Below, one piece after another: positions 24,816 through 35,875 of a stretch of DNA of 41,936 bases; position 1 is the stretch's first letter; each line of letters opens with the position of its first letter. A program made the position numbers and the translations under genes. A model generated the notes under the pieces. That model saw nothing but the letters and a program-made list of their open reading frames with translations, had not been told where the DNA came from and searched no databases. This DNA is from Chlorokybus atmophyticus (Eukaryota > Plantae > Mesostigma and Chlorokybus algae), in contig RHPI01002949.1 in the NCBI GenBank assembly GCA_009103225.1, positions 1-41,936 of the forward strand, given 5' to 3'.

Positions 24816-26929
24816 CTGTTGAATCCACCTCGCACTTGCCAATCTGCGAGGCAGTGAGGACACATAGTAGCCTTTGTGCGAACAGTTTCAACACGTAGAT
24901 ACTTATATGAGATGCACATCGACTGCTCGTGTGCATGCATATAATGCAACCCAATATGCGTGTACAGCATGATGGTCATTGGCATCCAAATAACATGCCA
25001 TTTAACGGTGTATGGATAAGGGTGGGGCAAACGTCAGAGCTGAGGTAGTTAATAGATTGGTGTGAAATGTGTTCCAGCTTAGTGATTGCGACAATGATAG
25101 CTGAAGATGATCTGCCATGTCATGCCTTGGCAACAAGTATATGCAAAGCATATTGCAGCAAGCAGTCATTTGGTGAGCAGGTGCACAGCAGGTGCACCTG
25201 CTGACCAAGTGCTGCCCGTTGTTTTGCACATAAGTCCAAGGATGCCTGACAAAACTTTCTCGTACTTAATGCACCACGTGTTGGTAGTGAGCGTGTCCGT
25301 GACCATGTGGGTGTAAGAGTGCGTGTCCTAGAGTCTTGTGCTGATGGCTGTGCGTGTGCTTGCTGTGCTGGTGTGATGTTGCTTTGCTTGCAAAAACCAC
25401 TGGAAAGCCTATAGTTGAGCATGACGCGCTACACAACCGGTGTACATATGTCTAGAGTGGTAGGCAAGTCTGCACGTGTAGAAGCATTTGTTTACAAAAC
25501 ATGACAACTAGAACCAACTACCTCAACTTCTCATAAACCATGTTAAGTACGTTGTGTAGTCGTGCGTCCCCGCCCCCAGTGCATCAGCTGCGGTCGGCTC
25601 CTGAATGAAAATCGCTCATAATGCTCATCACACAACCACGATCACCTAAACCATAATGAGAACAGCTGCGATTTGCAAATCACAGCATGCATTGCTATCA
25701 TGCAGACGTGCCTGCTTACTACATAAAATGCCAGAAGTTGGGGTTTGTTGATGACAGCGACTATGCGCAAGGTGTTCACCACCAGTAATAATGTGACAAG
25801 TGCTACCTTTGTGCCGGCAGCATTCAGCATTTGTAATGAAAGCCGGCCATGACTTGTACTGGTTCTTGAAGTCCACAATGACGTCTATGTTGTCTTGTTG
25901 CAGTTGCTCGGCAAGTCCCCGCGCTCTTTGTGTTGGTTGTCGAACTGGCAGCAGCTGATGATTGCTGTCAATGTTGCCGCTGGCGTCGCGGACAGTGCCC
26001 TTGTTGCCTCTCGTCCCTGCCCGCTACTTGCCACAGCACATGCGAAATGTAACAAGCATGGAACAGCGTTTGTTGCAACAGGAATGCTCTGCAAGCTTTA
26101 CAAGAAAATCGTAGTCGTAGTTGAACTTACACAGAAGCAGCATTGTAGGAGCGGCCAGTTGAAATATGTGTGGTTCCAGTAGCCGGCGCCAGTGACAATG
26201 GATGCTGCCGCAATTAGCACTGCAGGCAGCCTTTGAAATACTTGTCTACGCATCTCAAGCAAGCGCTTCTGCTTCTGCTGCTAAGCCAAGCGCGGTGCAG
26301 GCCAGCCTTACAATGGGTGCAATGCGCCCAACTCTTGTCAAGGTTTCAGTTCAGCGATAGCCATGTCAGCACCAACCGAGTGTATAGCTGCGGAATAACA
26401 CAGCACACTGTCGACTGGTGGTAAGACGCTGTGTACCATGACAACTGACATGGCAAGCTTCCAAAGTAGTACTAGTAGTTATAGCATGTCAAGTTGTAAA
26501 CTTCTACTCTCAAAAGTGCACATAAGCTCGCAGAACTGAGCAGTGCATGTGCATTTGTGGCGGCAGCGGTCAAGTTCATGTCCATGTCGTCGTCATTGTC
26601 GTCATTGTCGTACTGCTAGTGACGGAGTTAACACGACGGCGGCACTGCAGGTACTGCGTCACATTAGCGTCAGCGTCAACCTGCGTGTGCTGCTGTGTCG
26701 TCAGTCGGTCAACGCCTCTGCCGCCGCTGCTTGCGCCTAGCTTGCATTAGGCCCCTACCTGATTAGCCCTCTTGCGTACATAGGTTGATAATGATGTTTC
26801 TTTGCTGGCTTGGCTGGAGTGTTTGCATCCGCATGTTGCGCATGCGTGGCACAGCCTATTGATGCTCCGCATTGGAAGCAAAGGAAGGAATATTGCTGCA
26901 CAAGAAGTTACCTTTGCTATTGGGTCCTG

Positions 26930-27031
26930 TGTACTCCAATGTGCGGGCCGTATAATATTTTGAACAGACGCTGGTTCCCAACTGGAGTTTTGCGAACAAT
27001 ATCCCACGCGATAAAAGTCAGTTTGGTCCAA
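26930..27031 (-). mobile_element. Degenerate chromodomain-like remnant
   Basis: FYRVGYCSQNSSWEPASVQN resembles the chromodomain pattern YxVKWxGY...SWEP..N. It is short and isolated. Confidence 0.3.
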
Positions 27032-27230
27032 ATGTCAACATAGCGTAAGGATTACACAAGTGGTTCGCCATGCAGCGTGGTGATGGCGATTGCATTGGCA
27101 CACACCGCGCAGAACGTCTGAACCACTTTTGCACTTTTTGGTTGTTGTTGTTGTTGCTGTTGTGTCGGTGCTGTTGTCGCTGTCGCTGTCGCTGTCGTTG
27201 TCGTTGTCGTTGTCGTTTGTTGTTGCTGTT

Positions 27231-27842
27231 TGTTACGACAAGGGTCCGGCCATCTTAGCCATAAAAGACCATGGTGGGAATTATGGCTATATCAATTCTT
27301 ATGTATTACGCCCTAGCCCTCTGGCTACCGTAACACACCTCCCCATTAGAACCTTAGCACGCCCTCGTGCTAATTCTTATAGGGTTCTCACAGCCCTCTG
27401 CCCGACGGGGACCGAGCTGTTACGACCAACGCTTCTCTGGCCGGCGCCTTGCGCGCCGCAACGCGACTTGCCCAGCCCGCGTTGTCGTGCTTCGTTCGCA
27501 ATCCAGCAAACGTTCTTCGTGCGCAATCCAGCGAACGTTCTTGCGACCGGCGCACCGCGTCGCATTTCTCACCGTCCCCCCGTGTTCCTTCCAACCGCGA
27601 CTTTCCCAAGGTCGCGGGTCCAACCGCGGCTTGCCAGGCCGCGGGTCCCAGAATCTTTGCCAACCGAAAAAGTCACAGCTCTATCCCCCTTGGGAGTCGA
27701 GCCTGCGACCTTTAGGTTGTCAGCTCACGATACCAATTGTTACGACAAGGGTCCGGCCATCTTAGCCATAAAAGACCATGGTGGGAATTATGGCTATATC
27801 AATTCTTATGTATTACGCCCTAGCCCTCTGGCTACCGTAACA
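27231..27842 (-). mobile_element. Complete TRIM (non-autonomous miniature LTR retrotransposon), 612 bp
   Basis: Two 105-bp LTRs (27231-27335 and 27738-27842) appear identical by eye, with termini TGTTACG...CGTAACA. The 5-bp TSD is CTGTT on both sides. The minus-strand PBS TGGTATCGTGAGC is iMet-like and the PPT is GGGGAGGTG. There is no internal coding capacity. It is inserted in a GTT/GTC microsatellite. Confidence 0.93.
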
Positions 27843-28489
27843 CTGTTGTTGTCAGTGCTGTTGTTGTCAATTGTAGTGATTGACGCACACTGCCACGCAC
27901 GCAAGCAGAAAAGTGTCCACCGCATGTCCATTGGAAAGGTTACAACCGTTTTTACTATCTGAAGCAACAACCGAGTGTTTCATAGAAGCTTGCTTGTGCC
28001 TCACAATCTTCATCGTGTAGATTGCAGCAGTGATTCGACATGCATTGCAACTGAATATTTCGTCTATGGAAGCGGGTCTTGAAAGTGATCATGTATAGCA
28101 AACATTGCGCGTCGCACTCTCCATCCCCAATACCAGTTCTACACGCCATCAAACCACCTCTCAAGACATCATCCCACTCAATAGGGAAGATGCTAACAAC
28201 TAAATTACCTGAACTGGATATAACGCACTTCCGTTGTCATCAATCTACTTCATAGCGAAACACTTGTAGCGAAACACAGGGGCAAAACCCCAACTGTGCA
28301 TACAAACAAGTCAAACCTCCACAACCATCTCACCCACCCCCACAACAATGTGGGTGTGCGCTTTACACTAAGGCTACATACAGATGCACTCTCTGCATCA
28401 TACCAAAATGTGGTAAATTGAAGCTAAATGCCCACCTGAACGAGTGCATCACACACTCGTGACTGTGCGTGTGTAAGTGTGTGTCGTGC

Positions 28490-29199
28490 TCAAGGTGTGG
28501 CAATGTTCTCCTTAGCGCGCGGGCCCACCTCGTCCTTGTCTAGCCCCACCTGCTCTGCGTGCTTCTGCGGCGGGTGCAGCATGTCCAGCAGAGTCTGCTC
28601 CCAATCCTTGGCAGGACCCTGGACAACACCACAAACACACAACTCAGTACAGCTCTGCATATTAGGAAACCAACACGCGTGCACACGCGCACACAGGTAC
28701 ACACATGCGCATATGTGTCTGTAAGCGTGCATGCTCACACACACTCACACGCGCATGAAGGGGAGGGGGGGGGGGGGGGGGGGNCACACGCACGCGATTG
28801 TGCACACACGCATGATCGCGTGCGCATATGCAGCTTGCAAGCATGTGTGTGCACACATGTACACACACGCCTGCGCACGCAAACCGCGCGTTAGTACACA
28901 TACCTTCCATGACAGGTCCTGATTCATGCACGCGTATCTCATCCTTTCAAACTGCGTCGTGCCGAACACGGACAGCAGCGCGCGTTTTGTGGCTTTGACG
29001 ACAGCATCAACATCAGCAGGATGCACGGTCTCGCAATCCACGTCGAAGCAACCCATCTGGAAACCGGTCACGCCCTCGCGCACCGTGTCGGCGAGGCCGC
29101 CAGTTGTCACCACCATGGGGATGGTGCCGTAACGCATGGCGTGGAGCTGGATGAGACCGCACGGCTCGAAACGCGATGGCACGAGCATGTAATCGGCAC
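28490..29199 (-). CDS. GBSS: Granule-bound starch synthase, last two exons only (29199-28904 and 28618-28490)
   Basis: It reads [26 protein letters not shown]...[18 protein letters not shown]...QDLSWK|[11 protein letters not shown]...AKENIATP*. The intron between the two exons has GT-AG ends, and the upstream exon has an AG acceptor at 29200. Upstream exons were not found; there is a single-N join at 29817. Confidence 0.9.
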
Positions 29200-29328
29200 C
29201 TGCGAGGGAGGGGTCAGTGATAAGCACACATGAGCGTGTGTGCATGTGTGCGTGTTGTGCGACCACATGCGTGCGTCCGCCAGCGTCCGCGCATCTGTAT
29301 ATGTGCGCATACATGCATGTTTGTGCGG

Positions 29329-29516
29329 GTGGGTTTGCGGGTGGGCGTGTGCATGTGTATGTGTGTTCACATGCATCCGCAGACACACGTGTGTGCGTGC
29401 GTGCGTGTGCATGCAGATGGCTGTGGGTTTGCGGGTGGGCGTGTGCATGTGTATGTGTGTTCACATGCATCCGCAGACACACGTGTGTGCGTGCGTGCGT
29501 GTGCATGCAGATGGCT
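29329..29516. repeat. 2 x 94-bp tandem duplication in the TG-rich intron upstream of the GBSS exons
   Basis: GTGGGTTTGCGGGTGGGC...GCAGATGGCT is repeated at 29329 and 29423. Confidence 0.9.
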
Positions 29517-32010
29517 GCACGTGTGGGTGGGTGCATGCATGCGCGTGCGCCACAATCAGGGCAAGAGCTCGCAGACAAAACAGTTGCCCAAACATGAGAC
29601 GGGAGTGGTAAGTTTGTGTATAGATGTTTTGGATGAAACATAGAGAACCTGGTCAGCAAGGAGAGTGTAATCACATACTGCGTCAACTCTGCTGAGCACT
29701 GTTCCTGTTATTGCTGTTGAACTCTACTGTGCAAGATCGTCGTCACATGCAGGGGGGCTGTGTCGTATGCATAACCTGACTACAGCTGATATCCCCCCCC
29801 TCCGGGGAGGGGGGGGNTAAGGTTGAGTTTATTACAACAGAAGCGGACTGTACATGACTATTAAGTTCATCAGTTACAACTTGCGCGACAGTTTTTGCAC
29901 TGCAACTGCACCAATGTTGAAGTAACCACTACTGTTTCTGCCCGCTGTAACAATATTGACGTTGACAGCAGAAAAATTGCACATGCTCAGATACCATAGC
30001 AGGCTTGCCGTAAGTCGCTGCTGCACGCAACGAGCTGAAGTACTGACTGGCTGCAAGCAGCACGCATGTCAAAGAGTTGTATGTGAAGATGTGTTTGTAT
30101 GTATGTGTACACGCGCGTGCACATGTGTGTGTGCATGCATGCGTCTGTGCACGTAGACGCATGCATGCACGAACACGCACGGGCGCTTATCAGCCTGTGT
30201 GCGGTACAAATGCTGATTTACGAGCTGTGAAGTTGGTTCAGCTAGACAAGCTTTGTGGAGCAGGCAGCAATGGCGAGGCATTGCAGAGCACCTGCAGAAG
30301 GCCGAAGCTGTGCTTGCAGCTGTAGCCATCTGCGTCAGAAGGTCGACGTTATTCCTCCAGCTGGCAAGTGCAAACCAGCGCCGCCCAGCAGTGCTGAGCG
30401 GCGCTGTCCGCTGTCAGCGCCATGACGAAGCTGGCGCCTGCTGCGCTGCGCTTCACACCACCCGCCCGGACACCCCTTCCAACCCGGCGGCGGACAAACA
30501 CTGCAGCCCGCCCGCCACCGCCTCACCGCACCGCTCCGTGCCGTGCCGCCGGCAAATCAAGCAAACAAGCTGCTTGTTACAAGCATGAGCATGTGAATTG
30601 ACAAGATGTGCGCCAGAATCCTCCGGCCCAGGGTGGAGCCCGGGGCTGGCGCAGTAGGCGTGAGCTTGCTTGATGCATGTGCAGGCATGACGTAACTTGA
30701 AACCACATCATGCACATGACACTAATCCGGGAATTGATACCGGTATTATGGTAGGCCTTAAAGGGTTCGGGAGACCTACCATACTACATGACCAGCTATA
30801 CGACGCGGTTTTCATGACAACTTTGTATAAGCCTACCGGTAGCACTGTTACCGATCAGGGTGGGTAGGCTGTATTTGGCGCCTGATTCATGGATGATGTC
30901 ATGACATTGTTGATGCGTGACAGGTTCGACTCCGTTCGTCTTGTTCACTGATCTGGATTTGCACGCTGCGGCACTTTGTCACGGTACCTGGCTCCGCGAG
31001 GCCTCAGCGGGCGGCATGGACACGACCAGAGCAAGCGCTGAGCAGCGGCGGAAGGCGCGAGGGGCGACGACGACGCCCGACACAAGCTGGAGGCGGACAA
31101 GCACGTTGGAAGGAAGGAAGCAAAGCGCAGCTGAAGCCTGACTTGGACCGCACGGGGCGAAGGTGCGTTGCCGTTTCTGGTCGTTTGCTCGCCGCTGGCT
31201 GTGGCAAGCAAACATGCCAGAACAGCATGAATGCCAGCTAGCTAGCCACATGCAGGTAAGCGATGCAATGCTTGACAGACATGCATGTCACGGTTGTGCA
31301 AGCTAGCGGTGCTGGCGCTGGACGGCAGCGCCATGGCAGGAAATAAACTTGGTTACATATTGTCGAAGCGCATGCGCAAGCGAGAGCACTATACTGATAT
31401 GAGTCTGTCATCGCGCTCGGCCGCAGCCTCATTACAAATACCCGTTTGAGGCGTTGCGTGGAGAGAGTCAAACTCACGTGCAGCCGTGTTTGGTTGTTAG
31501 TGCACTTACTTTTGTGCTTGCTTGGTGCATTGTCAAGACTTGAGTATGGAGCATTTGCGGCTAGCGACTTACGCTTCACCAACACACGCATCATAGCTTT
31601 CTATCACAAGTCTGCAATTAGTGCATTGCTATTCCGCTGGCAAGCCGCACCGCGCAGTTGTGCTAACTCAGCAGCAGCATATACATGTGCGTGTCTGGTG
31701 CGCACAGGCGTTACAAGCTCGTGACAATTCTTGTCTCACTGCAGGCTAGCGAGGGGGAGCCGGCTTTAAGGTGGTAATGGCCGCAGTCGCCGTTGAAGAG
31801 CTCAAAGGTAAGCTGGCGAACAACACATGCAGTGCTTCTCAAGATGTGCTTGACATGCAATTGTGGGTCGCCAGTAGTGGTCAGTGCCAATGCTGCACCA
31901 CTTGTACCGTGTACAAGCCAGCCAAAAAGGTTGTATACTCTGAATGTCATGTATTCCATGAGTCGCACTCACCTCGAACCTGCTTAAATATGCGCATGTT
32001 GCACAGTGTA

Positions 32011-32553
32011 GATGAGTCAATGACGTCAAACACCTTGCTTTGCCCTGGCTGTGACAATTTGCTGAGCCATAGAGGGGACGTTGAGAAGAGCTTCGTTTAT
32101 TATCTGAATGACTTACTCAACCGAGCAGAATTGACCTGCTTCGTGGATGAGCTCAACTTGCAGCCCGGGGAAGAAGGCTGGTTTGTGATTACCGCCAATG
32201 TACGGTCCGCTCGCATCAAAATGCCTGTTTTGTCGCGTGGCTACGGGGACTCCTAGTACTGCCTGGAAGAGCTGCGCATCATGATGGAGAATTCAACAAA
32301 CATCGTCATGCCTATCTTCTTTGACAACAAATTTAACAAGCTGAAGGCCACAATTTAGAAAAGTATTAGCAGGTGAGTAGATTCTCCCTGGACCGTCATT
32401 TATCTTCCAAGTAGCCATGTTCCTGGTTACAAACATGTTTTGTGTCTTTAGGGCATGCCTGAGTGGTAAGCAGGAATATGTTGAAAAGGAATCTGCATAC
32501 CGTGGTGCGCTTGATAAAGCATTTAAAAACACAAGCCTGAAGCTCGAGAATAA
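32011..32553 (+). pseudogene. Plant-type TIR domain gene with two in-frame TAG stops (exons ~32011-32372 and 32452-32553)
   Basis: It reads LLSHRGDVEKSFVYYL...CFVDELNLQPGE...VLSRGYGDS*YCLEELRIM...VMPIFFD...TI*KSISR|ACL...SAYRGALDKA. The stops are at 32254 and 32356. There is a phase-2 intron GTGAGT(32373)...TTTAG(32451) and a further donor GTAAGT at 32554. The 5' boundary is approximate. Confidence 0.8.
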
Positions 32554-32675
32554 GTAAGTTGAGCTGTCGCTTGAATCTCTGCTAAGCCTGTCAAGTGTGG
32601 CTTTTTGATGTTGTCCTTTGGTTGTCAGTGACCCGGTTGCTTTAGCAAAAAGAGTGGTGGACGACGCGCTGAAGA

Positions 32676-33600
32676 TGTCATGCCTATCGCCCAAGCATGC
32701 CAGTCGTCATCGGGCATGCCTACAGCGAGACCCTCGCCCGGCTTACCAGCATGGCAACCCGCGCGCGTCTCTGACCACTAGCTAGGTCATGTCTCTAGAG
32801 TAGCTCATGATCAGCCTACATAGGCACCGCGCGTAGCTGTTCAGTTGTGAGTTCAGTTACAAGTCGGTTTCTATATCGAGTGGGGACTTCCTGTAAAAAT
32901 AGCCTCGGTATGACCGTTAGCTTATGCTCTGGACAGTCATGAGTTGACTTGTATAAGTAGGCACAGTGTTCATCGGATCAGCTGATGACACTGTAAGTCA
33001 ACAAGCCACTACTATAGGTAGTGCTGTTTACACAATTCTTTGCATGAGTGGAAGAGAACTTACATTGTTACGTGAGGTGAATGAGCAAGCAACACGTGGA
33101 TGCTATGCCCTGACTGATGCCAACAAGCACACCGCGACCAAGTACACAAAGCTCATAGCAAGGACGAGCACAGTGCACAAGAACATGCACAGGCTCTCAC
33201 ACGGTGAGGGGATCCTTGGGAACCGGGACGGTGTGTTTCGAAATTCAAGTCGCTTCACACGCTCTTAGCTTTCTCACTTACAGTGTCACCAGCTGATCCA
33301 GTGAACACTGTGCCTACTTATACAAGTCAACTCATGACTGTCCAGAACATAAGCTAACGGTCATACCGAGGCTATTTCCACGGGAAATCCCCACTCGATA
33401 TAAAACCCGACTTATAACTGAACTCACAACTGAACAGCTACGCGCGGTGCCTATGTAGGCTATGGTCATGAGCTACTTTAGAGACATGACCTAGCTACTG
33501 GTCAGAGACGCGCGCGGGTTGCCATGCTGGTAAGCCGGGCGAGGGTCTCGCTGTAGGCATGCCCGATAACGACTGGCATGCTTGGGCGATAGGCATGACA
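32676..33600. repeat. Long fold-back: ~323-bp inverted arms (32676-32998 / 33276-33600) around a 277-bp spacer
   Basis: The left arm TGTCATGCCTATCGCCCAAGCATGCC...GACACTGTAAGT is the reverse complement of ACTTACAGTGTC...GGGCGATAGGCATGACA with few mismatches. The spacer recurs at 35315-35587. Confidence 0.95.
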
Positions 33601-35314
33601 GCTGTCGCGTCGAGGGGAGTCGAGGGTCACGCTGTCTCGGACAGCTGCATGGACAGCCATGCTGTGCTGGACATGCTGCTGCGCCACCTGTGTAACGCGC
33701 AGCAAGAACAGAAAGTTGACCCCAACCCTCATGGTGACAAGTGCTTCGTGCCGCTGGTGTGCTGCTGCTGGGTAGTACGGGCAGGTGGAGTCGGTGTTCT
33801 CCCTAGTGTACATGCTGTGCTGTAGCACACAAGTTAACAAGCCACCCCCCCTGAGCTCTGGGGGAGGTTCCAGCTCCAGAGCTCAGCTGCGAGCGCAAGT
33901 GAGGAGGGCCGTTGGTACGGCAATTGTCGCACCAATAATCCTCCATAGGTATCGTGTCCAAAGGTGGCTCCAGGCAGTAGCAATGCAGGCCCTTATTGCA
34001 GCCATCGCAGAGCATCATGAGTGCGTCGTCGCTGGCGCTGCCGCAGCGTTCACAGCGTGTGCTGCGCGCGGGACGAGGGTGTTGGATACGCCCGAAGCCG
34101 GCTACGTAAGGAAGGTGACATGGCGCACAGTTCACCATGTTGTCCTTCAACCTCTCTCCGTTTTGACCAAGGAGGTCCAGCACCCCTGTGGGGTACACTC
34201 TGAGTACCTTGTAGACGATGCGGCCTACGGAGGTGTCAAGCGTATCTTTGGTGGCTGCCATGCGATAGGCAAAGTCCCCCGCTTGGAACCGCCGTTGGCG
34301 CTCCTTGTAGAAGCCGCTGCGTACGCGCTCGTAGCGCAGCGTGTCGCGATGCGCAGGTTGTTGAAGGCCATGGGGACGGAGCGCTCGAAAAGCGCGGCGC
34401 GCGTGGTGATGTCGTGGTGCATCCAGTCAGGGTCGTCGAGGTTGTTCACGACGCGATCCACCTCCTGCTGCGCACGGAAGGGGAGCAATGATGGTCGCCC
34501 GAACAGCAGGTAGTATGGGCTGTACTCCCGCAGAGCCGCCTGCTTTGACAATCGATATCCAAGGGCCACCCACGGGAGGTGGTCATCCCAAGTGTTCTTC
34601 TCGTACTCCAGCACGTATTTGCGGAGTGCCTTCATGATGGTCTGTACTGTACGCTCGGCGAGGCCGTCGGCTTGAGGGTGATCACGCGAGGTACGGCGGT
34701 GGTCGATGTAACATTTGTCCAAGAGGGTGTCGAATTCCCCGCTGAACTCAGTACCTTGGTCAGTGATGACCTCGGCGCAGCTGCCAAATCGGTTGAGAAA
34801 GTGACAGAGGAAGGCTTGAGACACCCCCCTACTGCTCTTGTCGGGTAATGGTACCAGCTCCACCCATTTGGAGAAGTGCTCGATTATGACCAGGATGTAA
34901 CGGTTGCCACGCGCTGAGGGTGCCAAGTCCCCCAAGATGTCGAGTCCCCATCGGTAAAAGAGACCGGAGATGGGGAGTGGGTGCAAGGTGGCGCTACGCG
35001 TGTTGAGGCTGGCGCGCACCATGTCACACTGCTGGCAGTGGCTAACGAACCCCTGCACCTGTTTTGTTAACCCATACCACCAATATTGTGCCCGCACTAG
35101 GCTGACTGTACGCTTGACACCAAAGTATCCAAGCTCAGTGTGGAGGGAAGTGATGATGCCCTCGCGCGTGATCGGTGTCGACACTTCCTGGTCTTCGTCG
35201 TGGAAGCGGCGATACAGCTTGTCACATGCCATCGATAGTGACGGGTGCGGTGGGTGACTCGGTCCTTCTCTCGGGCGCTCATGCCGGTGGGAAGCTGGCC
35301 ACTTTGAAGAAAGG
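33601..35314 (-). mobile_element. Ty3/Gypsy remnant: integrase (HHCC + DDE) plus C-terminal PHD finger, PPT and start of the 3' LTR; 5'-truncated and frameshifted
   Basis: The integrase reads HTELGYFG...CQQC, WGLDILG, VITDQGTEF, HPQADGLAERTVQT, SPYYLLFGR. The PHD reads CERC...MMLCDGCNKGLHCYCLEPPL...YWCDNC. The minus-strand PPT GGGGGGG is followed by TGTTAAC starting at 33839. Confidence 0.9.
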
Positions 35315-35676
35315 AAGCCACTACTATAGGTAGTGCTGTTTACACAGTTCTTTGCATGAGTGGAAGAGAAATTACACTGTTAAGTGAGGTGAATGAGCAA
35401 GCAACACGTGGATGCTATGCCCTGACTGATGCCAACAAGCACACCGCGACCAAGTACACAAAGCTCACAGCAAGGACGAGCACAGTGTACAAGAACATGC
35501 ACAGGCTCTCACACGGTGAGGGGATTCTTGGGAACCGGGACGGTGTGTTTCGTAGTTCAAGTCGCTTCACAAGCTCTTAGCTTTCTCACTTACAGTGTAA
35601 TTTCTCTTCTACTCATGCAAAGAACTGTGTAAACAGCACTACCTATAGTAGTGGCTTGTTGCCTTACAGTGTCACC
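35315..35676. repeat. Second fold-back unit: ~70-bp inverted arms (35315-35385 / 35588-35661) around the same 200-bp core as in 33073-33275
   Basis: AAGCCACTACTATAGGTAGTGCTGTTTACACAG...TTACACTGT pairs with ACTTACAGTGTAA...CCTATAGTAGTGGCTTGTTG, followed by CTTACAGTGTCACC. Confidence 0.9.
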
Positions 35677-35875
35677 CTCTTTGCTCAAGTGAGTGTAGTT
35701 GCAGGCTGTACATTAGCATCGCAATCTGTAGTTGTACACATCACAGTGCAGTGTTGTCACCGTCATCGCATAGCGCGCACAAGCGCTAGTGTGTTGGGTG
35801 ATAGCAGCACTGGAGATCCCATTGTAGAGCACAAACACTCTACCCTTCATCCACTTTCACCATCGCATCAGCTGT

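Noticed and set aside
32254-32358. TAG-to-Gln genetic code reassignment, suggested by in-frame TAGs in the TIR and TGA ending all host genes
   Set aside because: More than 1000 codons of NLR, EP and GBSS exons, with many Gln, contain no in-frame TAA/TAG. The GBSS is streptophyte-like, not from a lineage known for that code. Nonsense mutation is simpler.
35315-35661. CACTA transposon call based on CACTAC...GTAGTG
   Set aside because: The inverted match extends beyond CACTA (CAACAAGC/GCTTGTTG), no 3-bp TSD is evident and there is no transposase.
32676-35676. DIRS/Ngaro tyrosine-recombinase retroelement suggested by inverted and split repeats
   Set aside because: The linked enzyme is a DDE integrase with a PPT and LTR start, and no tyrosine recombinase motif was seen.
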